From a virus (taxonomy: Duplodnaviria > Caudoviricetes): a stretch of DNA of 43,531 bases. The stretch covers positions 1 through 43,531 of IMG/VR virus record IMGVR_UViG_3300037756_000072; one strand, 5' to 3'. Each line of letters opens with the position of its first letter. The stretch's first letter is position 1. Below are positions 17,593 to 26,558 of the stretch, in pieces. The notes under the pieces were generated by a model. It saw only the letters and a list, made by a program, of their open reading frames with translations. It searched no databases and had not been told where the DNA came from. The translations under genes were made by a program, and so were the position numbers.

Positions 17593-17957
17593 TGCAAACG
17601 CTCAGCATCACCTGGCGCGGCCAGGCGCTCGAGTTCAAGCCGTCGTTCGATCTGTTCCTGCAGATCGAGGAGAAGGTGAGCTTCACGCGCATCCAGGACG
17701 CGCTCAGCCAGGCCGCCCAGGGCAAGCCCGCCGAGATCCCGATGTCGCACGTCGCCTGGGTGCTCTATTGCTGCCTGAAGCACGCCGGCGGCGCGGTGCG
17801 CACGCCGATGGACGTGCACCAGGCGCTCTTCAGCAACGACGGCGCGCTCGACCACTCGGGGGTGCTGCGCGGGCTCGCGATCGCCTACTTCGGCGCGCAG
17901 CCGGAGAAGCCGCCAAAAAAAAAACCGGCGACGCCGGCGAAGCCCTCCAAGCTCTGA
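17592..17957 (+). CDS. Tail assembly chaperone (gpG-like)
   Basis: Between tube and tape measure; ends shortly after an A10 slippery tract. Confidence 0.85.
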   Translation: MQTLSITWRGQALEFKPSFDLFLQIEEKVSFTRIQDALSQAAQGKPAEIPMSHVAWVLYCCLKHAGGAVRTPMDVHQALFSNDGALDHSGVLRGLAIAYFGAQPEKPPKKKPATPAKPSKL

Positions 17958-18136
17958 AGCCCGACATCGAAGAGCGCTACCGGATCGCCGTCGGCATGTG
18001 GGGCATCCAGCCCTCGGAGTTCTGGGGCATGACGCCGGCGGAGTGGTGGCTCGTGTACGACGCGCGCGTCGGCGAGCCGAAGGTGGGGCCGTTCACCGAG
18101 ACCGAGGCTGAGGAGCTGTATCGGATGCTGCACTGA
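17915..18136 (+). CDS. Tail assembly chaperone -1 frameshift extension (gpGT-like)
   Basis: A10 at 17915-17924 leads into the -1 frame encoding WGIQPSEFWGMTPAEW, which ends at the TMP start. Confidence 0.85.
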   Translation, partial: KKKTGDAGEALQALKPDIEERYRIAVGMWGIQPSEFWGMTPAEWWLVYDARVGEPKVGPFTETEAEELYRMLH

Positions 18137-19974
18137 TGGCGACACTGTCAGTTTTAATCGGTGGGGACGATCGGGAATTGCAGGCGGCGCTGCGCCGCGC
18201 GCAGAGCGGCATGCGCAAGTTCGGCAGGGAGCTGCGCACCGGCGTCAACGATTTCGCCAAGTGGGGCGCCGCGGCCGCCGCGGCCGGCGCGGCGGTCGCG
18301 GCGTTCCTTGTCAAGCAGTCGCTCGAGGCGATCGACGCGCAGGCGAAGATGGCCGCCGCGCTCAACACCTCGGTCGCCTCGATGGCGACGCTCGAGCGCG
18401 CGGCCGAGATCGACGGCATCAGCGTCGCGCAGCTCGAGACCGGCGTGCGCAAGCTCGCGACGGTGCTCGGCGAATCTGCGCAGGGCACGGGCACGGCCGT
18501 CGAGTCGCTCAAGCGCCTGAGCCTGACGGCCGAGGAGCTCGCGGCGCTGCCGCTCGATGAGCGCCTGGCGCTGATCAACCAGCGCATCCGCGAGCACATC
18601 CCGCTCGCCGAGCAGGCGGCGGTGTCGGCGGACTTTTTCGGCGAGCGTTCGGGCGTGGCCATGCGCAACCTCTCGCCCGAGACGATCAAGGAGGCCGCCG
18701 AGGAGGCGCGGCTCTTCGGCACGGCGCTCTCGGACGTCGACGCCAAGCAGGTCGAGCTCGCCAACGACTCCATCAGCCGCATCAGTCTCGCGATGGACGG
18801 CTTCTGGAAGCAGGTCACGGTGCAGGTCGCGCCGGCGCTGAAGCTGATCGGCGACCGGTTCTTCGAGGCGGCCAAGGAGTCCGGCGGCATGGGCAACATC
18901 GCCACGCAGGCGCTGTCCAAGGTCGCCGCCGCCGCCGGGTTCGTGGCCGACGCGGTCGACGGCATCCGGCGGGTATTCACGATTACGGCCGATTCCCTGA
19001 TCGTCTTCGTCGAGCGATCGAATCAATGGAACGCGGCGTTGATGGGTGTCGCGGAAACCTCCGCCGAGTCGCTGGGAATCGTCGATTTCGCGCTGGCCAA
19101 CATCGAGGAGACGCTGAATCGGCCGCTGCCATCGACGCAGCTCGACGCGTTCTGGGAGCGCACCAAGGCGGCCTCGCGCGAGGCCGCCGACGAAGTCATC
19201 GCCCAGCGTGGGCGCATCGCGGGCATGGGCGGTCAGGACGGCGGCGGCGAGGGCGACGACGCGGTGCAAAAACGCCTCGACAAACTGCGCGACCAATTCC
19301 GCTCCGAGGACGAATTGCAGTTCCAGCACCGCGAGCGGCAGCTCGAGGCGCTCCAGGAGTTCGAGGAAAAAAAGCGCATCACCGACGAGGAAGCGAAGCT
19401 GCTGCGCGAGGAAATCGAGCAGGCCCATTGGGAGCGCATCGGCGAGATCCACAAAGAAGCCTCCGACCGGGCGGTCGCGCTCGAGCAGGCGAAAAACGCG
19501 GCCTTACGCCAGGCGGCGCAGAGCTTCATGGCCAACCTCGCCGGACTGATGAACACCGAGAGCCGCAAGATATTCGAGATCGGCAAGCTCGCCGCGATCG
19601 GCCAGGCGGCTTACAAAGGCTCGCTCGCGGTGATGGACGCCTGGGAGGCGGGCATGTCGGTCGGCGGGCCGTTCGCGCCGGCGATCGCGGCGGCGTACGC
19701 CACCGCCGCGGGCTTAAATGCCGCGAACCTCATCAACAACATCCGCAACCAGCAGTTCGGCGGCGGCGGCGGAACGCCGACCGCGCCTACGCAGGGCGGC
19801 AGCAATATCTCGCCCCAGGGCGCGGGGGGCGGCACGATCGGCGGCGGCGGGCCGGGCGGGCCGACGACGATCATCCAGTTCAGCGGCACGCAAAACGAGA
19901 TGGAGCTTATCCGCCGCTTCGCCGAGATGCTTAACGAGAACACGCGCGACGGCGGCCGCCTCATCCTCGCATGA
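18136..19974 (+). CDS. Tape measure protein
   Basis: Ala-rich helical 612-aa protein with LSVLIGGD N-terminus, directly after the chaperones. Confidence 0.92.
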   Translation: MATLSVLIGGDDRELQAALRRAQSGMRKFGRELRTGVNDFAKWGAAAAAAGAAVAAFLVKQSLEAIDAQAKMAAALNTSVASMATLERAAEIDGISVAQLETGVRKLATVLGESAQGTGTAVESLKRLSLTAEELAALPLDERLALINQRIREHIPLAEQAAVSADFFGERSGVAMRNLSPETIKEAAEEARLFGTALSDVDAKQVELANDSISRISLAMDGFWKQVTVQVAPALKLIGDRFFEAAKESGGMGNIATQALSKVAAAAGFVADAVDGIRRVFTITADSLIVFVERSNQWNAALMGVAETSAESLGIVDFALANIEETLNRPLPSTQLDAFWERTKAASREAADEVIAQRGRIAGMGGQDGGGEGDDAVQKRLDKLRDQFRSEDELQFQHRERQLEALQEFEEKKRITDEEAKLLREEIEQAHWERIGEIHKEASDRAVALEQAKNAALRQAAQSFMANLAGLMNTESRKIFEIGKLAAIGQAAYKGSLAVMDAWEAGMSVGGPFAPAIAAAYATAAGLNAANLINNIRNQQFGGGGGTPTAPTQGGSNISPQGAGGGTIGGGGPGGPTTIIQFSGTQNEMELIRRFAEMLNENTRDGGRLILA

Positions 19975-20810
19975 GCATCATATTCACCCAGAACTTCGTG
20001 CTCGGGGCCGCGGCGACGGCCACGCCCCTGACCCACGCCCGGATCGGCCACCAGACCTGGACGCGCGACCTGGCGGTCACCGCGGTCACGGTCAGCAGCG
20101 AGACCGCAGACGGCCCGGGCGACGCGCCGCTGCGGCCCGACACCTACGAGTTCTGGGAGGCGCAGAGCCTGCCGGCGACCTGGCAGGTGGACCTCGGCGC
20201 CGCGCGCGACGTCGACTACGTCGGCATCGCCGGGCACACGATCGGTACCAAAGGCGCTTCGGTGGTGGTCGAGTGGAGCACCGACGCCGCCAACTGGACC
20301 GAGTTCGCGACCGGCACCGCGCCCGCCACCGACGCGCCGATCCTGTTCCTCGGGGAGTCGGTGTTCGCGCGCCACTGGCGGCTCACGGTCGACGGCGTCG
20401 ACTCCCCGGGCGATCCGCCGCAGATCGCGGTCGTCTATATCGGCGAGGTCCTCGCCATGCAGCGCATGATCTACGGCGGCCACGCGCCGCTGCCGCTCGC
20501 GCGCGACACGGTCTTGAAGCGCGCGCTCTCCCGCGGCGGTCGGTTCCTCGGCCAGAACATCCGGCGCATGGGGGTGACGGGGGACGCGGCGTTCCAGAAC
20601 CTGGAGCCCGACTGGGTGCGCGAGCACTTCGATCCGTTCGTGAAAGCCGCGCGCCAGTACCCGTTCTTCTTCGCCTGGCGCCCGGCGATTTTCCCGCGGG
20701 AGGTGGCCTACGCCTGGGCGACACAGGACATCGCGCCCGCGAACATGGGCCGCGGCGCGGGGCTGATGCAGGTCTCGTGGGCCATGCGCGGGATCGGGTA
20801 CACGGAATGA
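19971..20810 (+). CDS. Distal tail / tail-tip protein
   Basis: Follows the TMP; WQVDLG-x-x-x-x-VDY..ARHWRL jelly-roll-like segment; PFFFAWRP. Confidence 0.75.
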   Translation: MSIIFTQNFVLGAAATATPLTHARIGHQTWTRDLAVTAVTVSSETADGPGDAPLRPDTYEFWEAQSLPATWQVDLGAARDVDYVGIAGHTIGTKGASVVVEWSTDAANWTEFATGTAPATDAPILFLGESVFARHWRLTVDGVDSPGDPPQIAVVYIGEVLAMQRMIYGGHAPLPLARDTVLKRALSRGGRFLGQNIRRMGVTGDAAFQNLEPDWVREHFDPFVKAARQYPFFFAWRPAIFPREVAYAWATQDIAPANMGRGAGLMQVSWAMRGIGYTE

Positions 20811-20846
20811 ACAGGATCACGAACGGCCACGCTTGGGCGCGCATCG

Positions 20847-22694
20847 ATGCCGATTGAGTGGGGCGATGAGCTGGTCACGATCGTACAGATCGACCAGCCG
20901 TTCTGCTCGCGCGAATACGGCGACGGGTTCGCGGTATCGCCCCACGTGGGGTGCCAGGCGATCCTGGGGGAGACGGGTACGCGCAAGTGTTTCAACACGC
21001 GCATCACCTGCCAGGACCCGGAAAACTACGACCCCGAGACGCTGACGCTGTCGTTTTCCCGAACGCAGGAGGGCCTGGAATACCTGGGCTACGTGATCCC
21101 CTCGCTCGACAGTGTGCGCATCACGCCGCTTAAGATCAACATCGGGGCGATGGACCGAAATCTTTCGCCCTTCGGCCAGCGCGAGGTGGTGAGCCTGACC
21201 TTCGCCGACCACCAGCACAGCGACCTGCGGGTGGACAAGTACCGGCTCGAGCGCCACGACGGCACCGCCGACCAGGGCGGCGCCTACGACCCGCACGAGC
21301 GCGGGACATTCTGGACCAAGTGGCTCGCGCGCAACCCCTACTACGAGGGGTATGCGCTGCGCGTCTACCAGGGCCGGATCGGCGAGTCGCCGTCCGATTC
21401 GCCGGCGCTCATGCAGGTGCGCCATTACGTCATCGACCGCATCGACGGGCCGGCCGACGGCGCGGTGATCATCGTCGCCAAGGACGTCTTCACGAAAGTC
21501 GAGGGCAGGAAAGCCAAGGCGCCGTTCGCCTCCCAGGGCGAACTGTCGGCGGACCTCACCGGGTCGCCCTCGACCTTCGATGTCTCACCGGCCGGGATCG
21601 GCGACTTGACGCCGGCGCAGGGCGGCTATTCGACCATCACCGGCGCGGTGTCGGGCCGCGTGGCGATCGGCGATGAGATCATCGAGGTCACGCGCAGCGG
21701 CGACACCTTCACGGTGGTGACGCGCGCGGATTTGAATACTGTGTCCGAGGACCACGACGCCGAGGACAAAGTCCAGCTCGTGCTGAGCTACGTGGGCGCG
21801 GAAGCGCAGGCCATCGTCTCCGACCTGCTGACGGCGTACGCCGGCATCGAGGCGGCGCTGATCCCGCTGGCCGACTGGGACACCGAGGCCGCCGCGAACT
21901 TCCCGAACCTCTACACCGGCCACGTCGCGGAGCCGACCCCGGTGAGCGAGCTCGTCGGCGAGCTCGCCGAGCAGGCCGGGTTTTCCATCTGGCCGGACGT
22001 GGCGGACAACCAGATTCGCCTCAAGGCGATCGTGCCGGCCGGGAGCGGCGACATCGAGGCGACGGTCGACGACGACGCCTGGATCAAGGCGGGCTCGCTC
22101 AAGATCAAGCGCCTGCCCGAGCAGCGCGCCTCGCAGATCTGGGTGTACTACGGGCAGATCAACCCGCTCGAGGACGTCGAGGAGAAAAAGAACTACCGCA
22201 GCCGCCTGATCACGCTCGACCTGACGGCCGAGGAGGCGGCGCAGTACGGCACGGCGTCGGTGCGCGAGGTGTTTAGCCGCTGGATCCCGCAGTTCGGGCG
22301 CTCGAGCGCGGGCGACGTCGGCGAGCGCCTGCTCGCGATCTTCCGCGACCCGCCGTTTCGCGCGAGCTTCGAGCTGCACGCCGCGCGCGACGGGGAACTC
22401 GATCTGGCGGCGCCGTTTCGGCTGGACACAGCCGACGTGACGGACGCCGCCGGCGCGGACAGATTGACCGCGCACTTGCCGATCAAGCTCTCGCGAGAGG
22501 ACGACGCGGTGCTGGTGGAGGCGCAGCAGTTGCAGTTCTTCTCGCAAGCGGTCGGCGGCGAATCGCCCGTGGGCGCGGACCGGGATTTGTTCATCGATAA
22601 TGATACGCTCGATTTCAACTTCCGCACCGAGCACGACCTGCTGTTCACCGCGCCGGTGTCGGGCGACGTGGTGAATCTGTTTATCGCGGCTTAA
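20847..22694 (+). CDS. Tail-tip hub / central tail protein
   Basis: N-terminal Cys cluster (C..C..KCFNTRITC), GTFWTKWLARNPYY and FSRWIP; position in the tail module. Confidence 0.78.
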   Translation: MPIEWGDELVTIVQIDQPFCSREYGDGFAVSPHVGCQAILGETGTRKCFNTRITCQDPENYDPETLTLSFSRTQEGLEYLGYVIPSLDSVRITPLKINIGAMDRNLSPFGQREVVSLTFADHQHSDLRVDKYRLERHDGTADQGGAYDPHERGTFWTKWLARNPYYEGYALRVYQGRIGESPSDSPALMQVRHYVIDRIDGPADGAVIIVAKDVFTKVEGRKAKAPFASQGELSADLTGSPSTFDVSPAGIGDLTPAQGGYSTITGAVSGRVAIGDEIIEVTRSGDTFTVVTRADLNTVSEDHDAEDKVQLVLSYVGAEAQAIVSDLLTAYAGIEAALIPLADWDTEAAANFPNLYTGHVAEPTPVSELVGELAEQAGFSIWPDVADNQIRLKAIVPAGSGDIEATVDDDAWIKAGSLKIKRLPEQRASQIWVYYGQINPLEDVEEKKNYRSRLITLDLTAEEAAQYGTASVREVFSRWIPQFGRSSAGDVGERLLAIFRDPPFRASFELHAARDGELDLAAPFRLDTADVTDAAGADRLTAHLPIKLSREDDAVLVEAQQLQFFSQAVGGESPVGADRDLFIDNDTLDFNFRTEHDLLFTAPVSGDVVNLFIAA

Positions 22695-22696
22695 CC

Positions 22697-23542
22697 ATGC
22701 AGATCGCTATAACCGCACGGCCATTGTGTAACTGGCGCCGGCTCATCGGCGCGCTCGTCGCGATGACCGGCCGGCATTGGCTGTTCGTGCTACGCCGCAC
22801 GGACAACCTTAATTTCCGCGAGCTGCACGATCGCTGGTACGGCGAGCCGAAAGCGGGCGACGCGGTTGACCTGTATTTGCTCGCGGTGGTCGGCAGCTCG
22901 AGCACCGGCTCGCCGGCGTTCGATACCGGCAGCTGGCCGACCGGCGTCACGAAGAACGTGCACAACAGCGGGCGGATCGCGGGGCGCGGCGGGAATGGTG
23001 GTGTTGGGGGTAGTGAGTTAGGGGGTGGTGGGGGCTCCGTTGGTGCTACGGCGGGTGTCGAGGGTGGCCTGGCGTTGCGCATAACGACGCCTATCAATCT
23101 AAATAATATCGGTGGAGTGATTGCTGCAGGGGGTGGCGGTGGTGGAGGGGGAGGCGCTGCGGTAGGAACGCTAGGCGGTGCTCCAGTTGCTGCGGGAGGA
23201 GGTGGTGGCGGAGGGGGAGCCGGCAGAGACGTAGGGCTTAGTGGTGCGGCAGGCTCACCCCCCCTCGGCTCACCCGGCACCCCCGGCACTTTGGAAGAAG
23301 GAGGTGTTGGGGGGGTTGGTGCTACAGCAGACAGTGCTATCTCAGGTAATGGAGGAGCGGGTGGTAATCCTGGGCAACCTGGAGTTGTTGGACAGGACGG
23401 TTCGGGGACTTTAGCCAGTAGACCAGGAGCTGCGGGCGGCGCCGCTGGTGCTGCTATCGAGGGTATAGCGGACATTACTTTTATCGATTCGAATGGAGAT
23501 CCGACCGAAAACCAGGGAACGATAACGGGGGCGACGAGCTAG
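22697..23542 (+). CDS. Glycine-rich tail fibre / receptor-binding protein
   Basis: GRIAGRGGNGG and GGGGGGGG...GGAGG polyglycine repeats typical of tail-tip adhesins. Confidence 0.75.
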   Translation: MQIAITARPLCNWRRLIGALVAMTGRHWLFVLRRTDNLNFRELHDRWYGEPKAGDAVDLYLLAVVGSSSTGSPAFDTGSWPTGVTKNVHNSGRIAGRGGNGGVGGSELGGGGGSVGATAGVEGGLALRITTPINLNNIGGVIAAGGGGGGGGGAAVGTLGGAPVAAGGGGGGGGAGRDVGLSGAAGSPPLGSPGTPGTLEEGGVGGVGATADSAISGNGGAGGNPGQPGVVGQDGSGTLASRPGAAGGAAGAAIEGIADITFIDSNGDPTENQGTITGATS

Positions 23543-24192
23543 AATCCGATCTGCACCCCCACCCTGATGCTTGTCCGGTCTATATCACCATAACGCAACA
23601 CACCCAGAACAACGCGCGATGTTTCCGACGCAAGCACCGCGAGGCCAATACCGTACATAGCGGTGGTGTTTTTGCTGGTCGAGCTGGCAGACGATGCCAT
23701 TACCGTCGAAGGGCCGGAGAGCTTCTCTGTTTGAGAAGTGATCGTATCCGTGATGACTTCCCTGGAATACCGAAGTGCGCCGGCTTCGATGTACGCGGCG
23801 TATCTGTTGGTGAATGAAAACCAACGCCCGAGTTTTATCTCGCCGCCTGTGATTTCTTCTTCAAGTTTGGCGCTTGTCGCAAAGGTAAACGTTGCGTCCT
23901 CGCCGGATTGAAACGATGATCGGCCTAAGGCACCGAGGTCAGTCCAGCCAGCTTCGACGTACCATCTGGACGATAGATACCCGACGCTCAAGAAGCGACC
24001 GAAGTCGAAGTTATGATCGCTGGTGTGCGTGAAGTCTACCGGGTGCGTAACTGAAACGTCCGGACGGTCGGCAGAGCCTAAATTGCGGCTCATGGCGTAT
24101 CCGATGTACGGACCCGATTGAAACGAATCGCCCAGGGCCGGCGCGGCGAACAACGAGCACAGAACAAAAGGGATATAATTCTTGATGATCAT
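23539..24192 (-). CDS. Outer-membrane beta-barrel protein (OmpA/Ail/Lom-like), moron 1
   Basis: Sec signal peptide, GPYIG, VGY...VEAGWTDLG, alternating beta-strands, C-terminal beta-signal RVGVQIGF; AAGGAGG RBS. Confidence 0.8.
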   Translation of the reverse strand: MIIKNYIPFVLCSLFAAPALGDSFQSGPYIGYAMSRNLGSADRPDVSVTHPVDFTHTSDHNFDFGRFLSVGYLSSRWYVEAGWTDLGALGRSSFQSGEDATFTFATSAKLEEEITGGEIKLGRWFSFTNRYAAYIEAGALRYSREVITDTITSQTEKLSGPSTVMASSASSTSKNTTAMYGIGLAVLASETSRVVLGVLRYGDIDRTSIRVGVQIGF

Positions 24193-24293
24193 GGCTGACC
24201 CTCCTTAACAGGGTTGGTTGTGGTCCGGGCCGGGGAGGCGCAATCCTCCCCGGTCTACCTCTAAGTCTAGTCCCATTTCTAGGGGCGCCGCAA
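24172..24293 (-). promoter_or_regulatory. Conserved promoter and structured leader of OMP moron 1
   Basis: -35 TTGCGG (24288-93), -10 TAGACT (24264-69), hairpin CCGGGGAGG/CCTCCCCGG, RBS-masking stem ACCCT/AGGGT; homologous to 26306-26405. Confidence 0.7.
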
Positions 24294-24330
24294 GGCGCCC
24301 TAACTCTTTGATTCGAGGAAACTAAAACCC

Positions 24331-25533
24331 ATGTTAGGCATCTGGCATTTCTTCGGCACGCAGGTCGACGGCAGCGGGTTCGTCAAGACCCTGCCGAACG
24401 CGACCGTCACGGTCAAGCGTGAATCCGACGGCGCACTCGCCGAGATCGAGAGCGACATCGACGCCGGCTCCCCCGGGCTCGACAACCCGTTCACCTCCGG
24501 CGCCGACGGCGAGATCGCGTTCTACGCCGACACCTCAGAACGCTATCGCATCGACATCGACGACGGCTCGGCCATCCTGACCCTGCGCCACCAGGCGGTG
24601 AGCGCCGCGCTGAAAACCGGGGCGCTCGGTATTCCCGAGAACTTCGAACTCGCCCATGCGGTTGCCGCTAACGCGCTGATCGTCTCGGTAAAGACGGAAG
24701 CGGGCACCGACCCGTCCGCCGCCGATCCGGTTTCGATCCTGATGCCCGACGGTGACGGCGCGGTTAATCGGCGCTCCATCACATCCGCCATTTCCCTTAC
24801 AATCAGCTCCGGCTCGCTACTGGGCCACAACGACGGCCTGCTTCAATACATCTACTGGTATCTCATCGACAACGCCGGAACGGTTGAACTAGCCGCCTCC
24901 AGTAAGTTCTTTGGAAATCACGGAATCGTAACGACGACCGCCGAGGGTGGAGCCGGCGCAGCGGACTCGGGGACGGTGATGTATTCCGATTCCGCTAGGA
25001 CGAGCGTTCCATTCGTTTGTATCGGTTACACAGAAGACACGCAGACTACAGCAGGCACGTGGGGCACGGCGCCAAGCGCGGTGCACCTAGCACCTTTCAC
25101 CCACCCCGTGATTTCATTTTCGGCGCATAAAAACGGCACGGATCAAACGGGAGTTGTGACAAGCACCACAACTCTGGTCACATTCAGTACCGAGGTTTAC
25201 GACAACGGGGAGCTTTTCGATGCTGTGACCAATTTCCGCTGGGTGCCGCCTCCGGGCACCATCCATTTATCTGGGCTGGCTCGATTTACCGTCGCCGCGG
25301 ACGGATCTGTTTTCTCAATTAATATATTTAAAAACGGAGTGATTTTCAGTTCGGAAGGCAGGCACGCAGCGACTACAGCCAACATCACCATAGCTGGAAC
25401 GCTATTTGATGAATGCAACGGCACCGATTTTTACGACTTCCGTGTATTTCAAAATACCGGAACGGACAAGATAATTAGCGGTACCGCTAATCAAACTAGG
25501 TTCTTTGGCTCTTGGTCCCCGGGGAGGTCGTAG
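24331..25533 (+). CDS. Second tail fibre / RBP with C-terminal C1q/TNF-like domain
   Basis: N-terminal attachment domain (ATVTV..LA...NPFT..DG.IAFYA); C-terminal FSA...VTFSTEVYDNG..FD...F.G pattern of C1q-like domains. Confidence 0.75.
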   Translation: MLGIWHFFGTQVDGSGFVKTLPNATVTVKRESDGALAEIESDIDAGSPGLDNPFTSGADGEIAFYADTSERYRIDIDDGSAILTLRHQAVSAALKTGALGIPENFELAHAVAANALIVSVKTEAGTDPSAADPVSILMPDGDGAVNRRSITSAISLTISSGSLLGHNDGLLQYIYWYLIDNAGTVELAASSKFFGNHGIVTTTAEGGAGAADSGTVMYSDSARTSVPFVCIGYTEDTQTTAGTWGTAPSAVHLAPFTHPVISFSAHKNGTDQTGVVTSTTTLVTFSTEVYDNGELFDAVTNFRWVPPPGTIHLSGLARFTVAADGSVFSINIFKNGVIFSSEGRHAATTANITIAGTLFDECNGTDFYDFRVFQNTGTDKIISGTANQTRFFGSWSPGRS

Positions 25534-25535
25534 AG

Positions 25536-25691
25536 CTATCGCCATTTCCTAGATCGCTTCTTGGGATTGCGCTCAATCAAACGATCCGGCGGAAACGTGA
25601 TCACGCCAAAATGGTTCAAGATCAACGCCAGCGCGTAGCACAGGACACCGAGCACGAGCACCACGGCCAACAAAAATAGTAGTGTTTTCAT
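25536..25691 (-). CDS. Small membrane protein, translationally coupled to OMP moron 2
   Basis: ATGA overlap; one long hydrophobic helix followed by a basic tail. Confidence 0.6.
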   Translation of the reverse strand: MKTLLFLLAVVLVLGVLCYALALILNHFGVITFPPDRLIERNPKKRSRKWR

Positions 25692-26326
25692 AAGAGTGTA
25701 TAGAACAACATCACGGTGCGATTCCCCGCGCCGGGACTGGTGGTGCTGTGCCCCCACTTATCGGCGCCGTAGTGTAAGCGAACCGGGCCGTAACTGACGT
25801 TGGCTCCAAGAAACGGAGTATGGCCGGTTTCGTGAAATCTAAAAATTGATCGTCCGTGTTCGTAACCATGAAAGCGGCTTTCAAAAATGTATGCGCCAAC
25901 CTGTGCGCTGACGCAAAAAGCGCCGTTGCAATGCGTGGGGTCCAGAGACAGGATAATTCCGCGACTCATGGATTTTACCGTTAGTTGACTGCATGGGGCG
26001 CTGAAATTTCCGGCAAAATAATCAGCATCGGAATACCAGCAGTCCCCGTGCGCGCGGACGTATCCGAGATATCGTAGCCCCGCCGTCCAGCGCAACCAAC
26101 TGAGCCGCGTGGGACCGTTGATTTCCAACCCCAGCGCGCGGTCGCTCAGATCGTTGTCGTTGGCGTGCGGACTGTAACGTTGGCGCCAATTGCCGTCACT
26201 ACGCTCATCCGCCCAATTTTTGCCGATTCCGACGCTGAGCGATACATCGTCAAACATTCCGTTATCGGCATACGCGGGGATCGAAAAAAGTAAAGCGAAA
26301 AAACAGATATAATTCTTGGTGATCAT
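25688..26326 (-). CDS. Exported, probable outer-membrane beta-barrel protein, moron 2
   Basis: Signal peptide ending AYA, amphipathic strands (VSLSVGIG, WTAGLRYLG, PFLGANVSYG, VMLFYT); AAGGAGG RBS. Lacks a terminal Phe. Confidence 0.68.
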   Translation of the reverse strand: MITKNYICFFALLFSIPAYADNGMFDDVSLSVGIGKNWADERSDGNWRQRYSPHANDNDLSDRALGLEINGPTRLSWLRWTAGLRYLGYVRAHGDCWYSDADYFAGNFSAPCSQLTVKSMSRGIILSLDPTHCNGAFCVSAQVGAYIFESRFHGYEHGRSIFRFHETGHTPFLGANVSYGPVRLHYGADKWGHSTTSPGAGNRTVMLFYTLL

Positions 26327-26405
26327 GATGACCCTCCTTCTCAGGGTTGTCGTGGTCCGGGCCGGGGAGGTGATACTCCTCGGTCCACCATCCAAGCATA
26401 GCACA
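26306..26405 (-). promoter_or_regulatory. Conserved promoter and structured leader of OMP moron 2
   Basis: Extended -10 TG-C-TATGCT (26395-26403) and the same two hairpins as 24172-24293. Confidence 0.7.
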
Positions 26406-26491
26406 AACCCTTCGCTTAGAGGTTTAAATGACAGATGACATACACGTCACCCACGGCTGGATAGATCGCAGAGGTAAAGGCCCTTAACAAA

Positions 26492-26540
26492 CCGGCCCTT
26501 TCGGGCCGGCCCCACGAGCCCGCCGCCGCGCGGGCTTTTT
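26492..26540 (+). terminator. Hairpin plus intrinsic terminator-like structure
   Basis: CCGGCCC-TTTC-GGGCCGG followed by an AGCCCGC/GCGGGCT stem and T-tract. Confidence 0.6.
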
Positions 26541-26558
26541 CATGCTCGGAGGTGTCGA

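Noticed and set aside
24268-24286. TAGTCCC half-site at the OMP 1 promoter matching the 29435 operator
   Set aside because: Only one 7-bp half-site and absent from the OMP 2 copy; could be chance.
22697-26405. Invertible tail-fibre shufflon or diversity-generating retroelement
   Set aside because: Repeats are direct rather than inverted, antisense genes are OMP-like rather than alternative fibre ends, and no invertase or reverse transcriptase is present.
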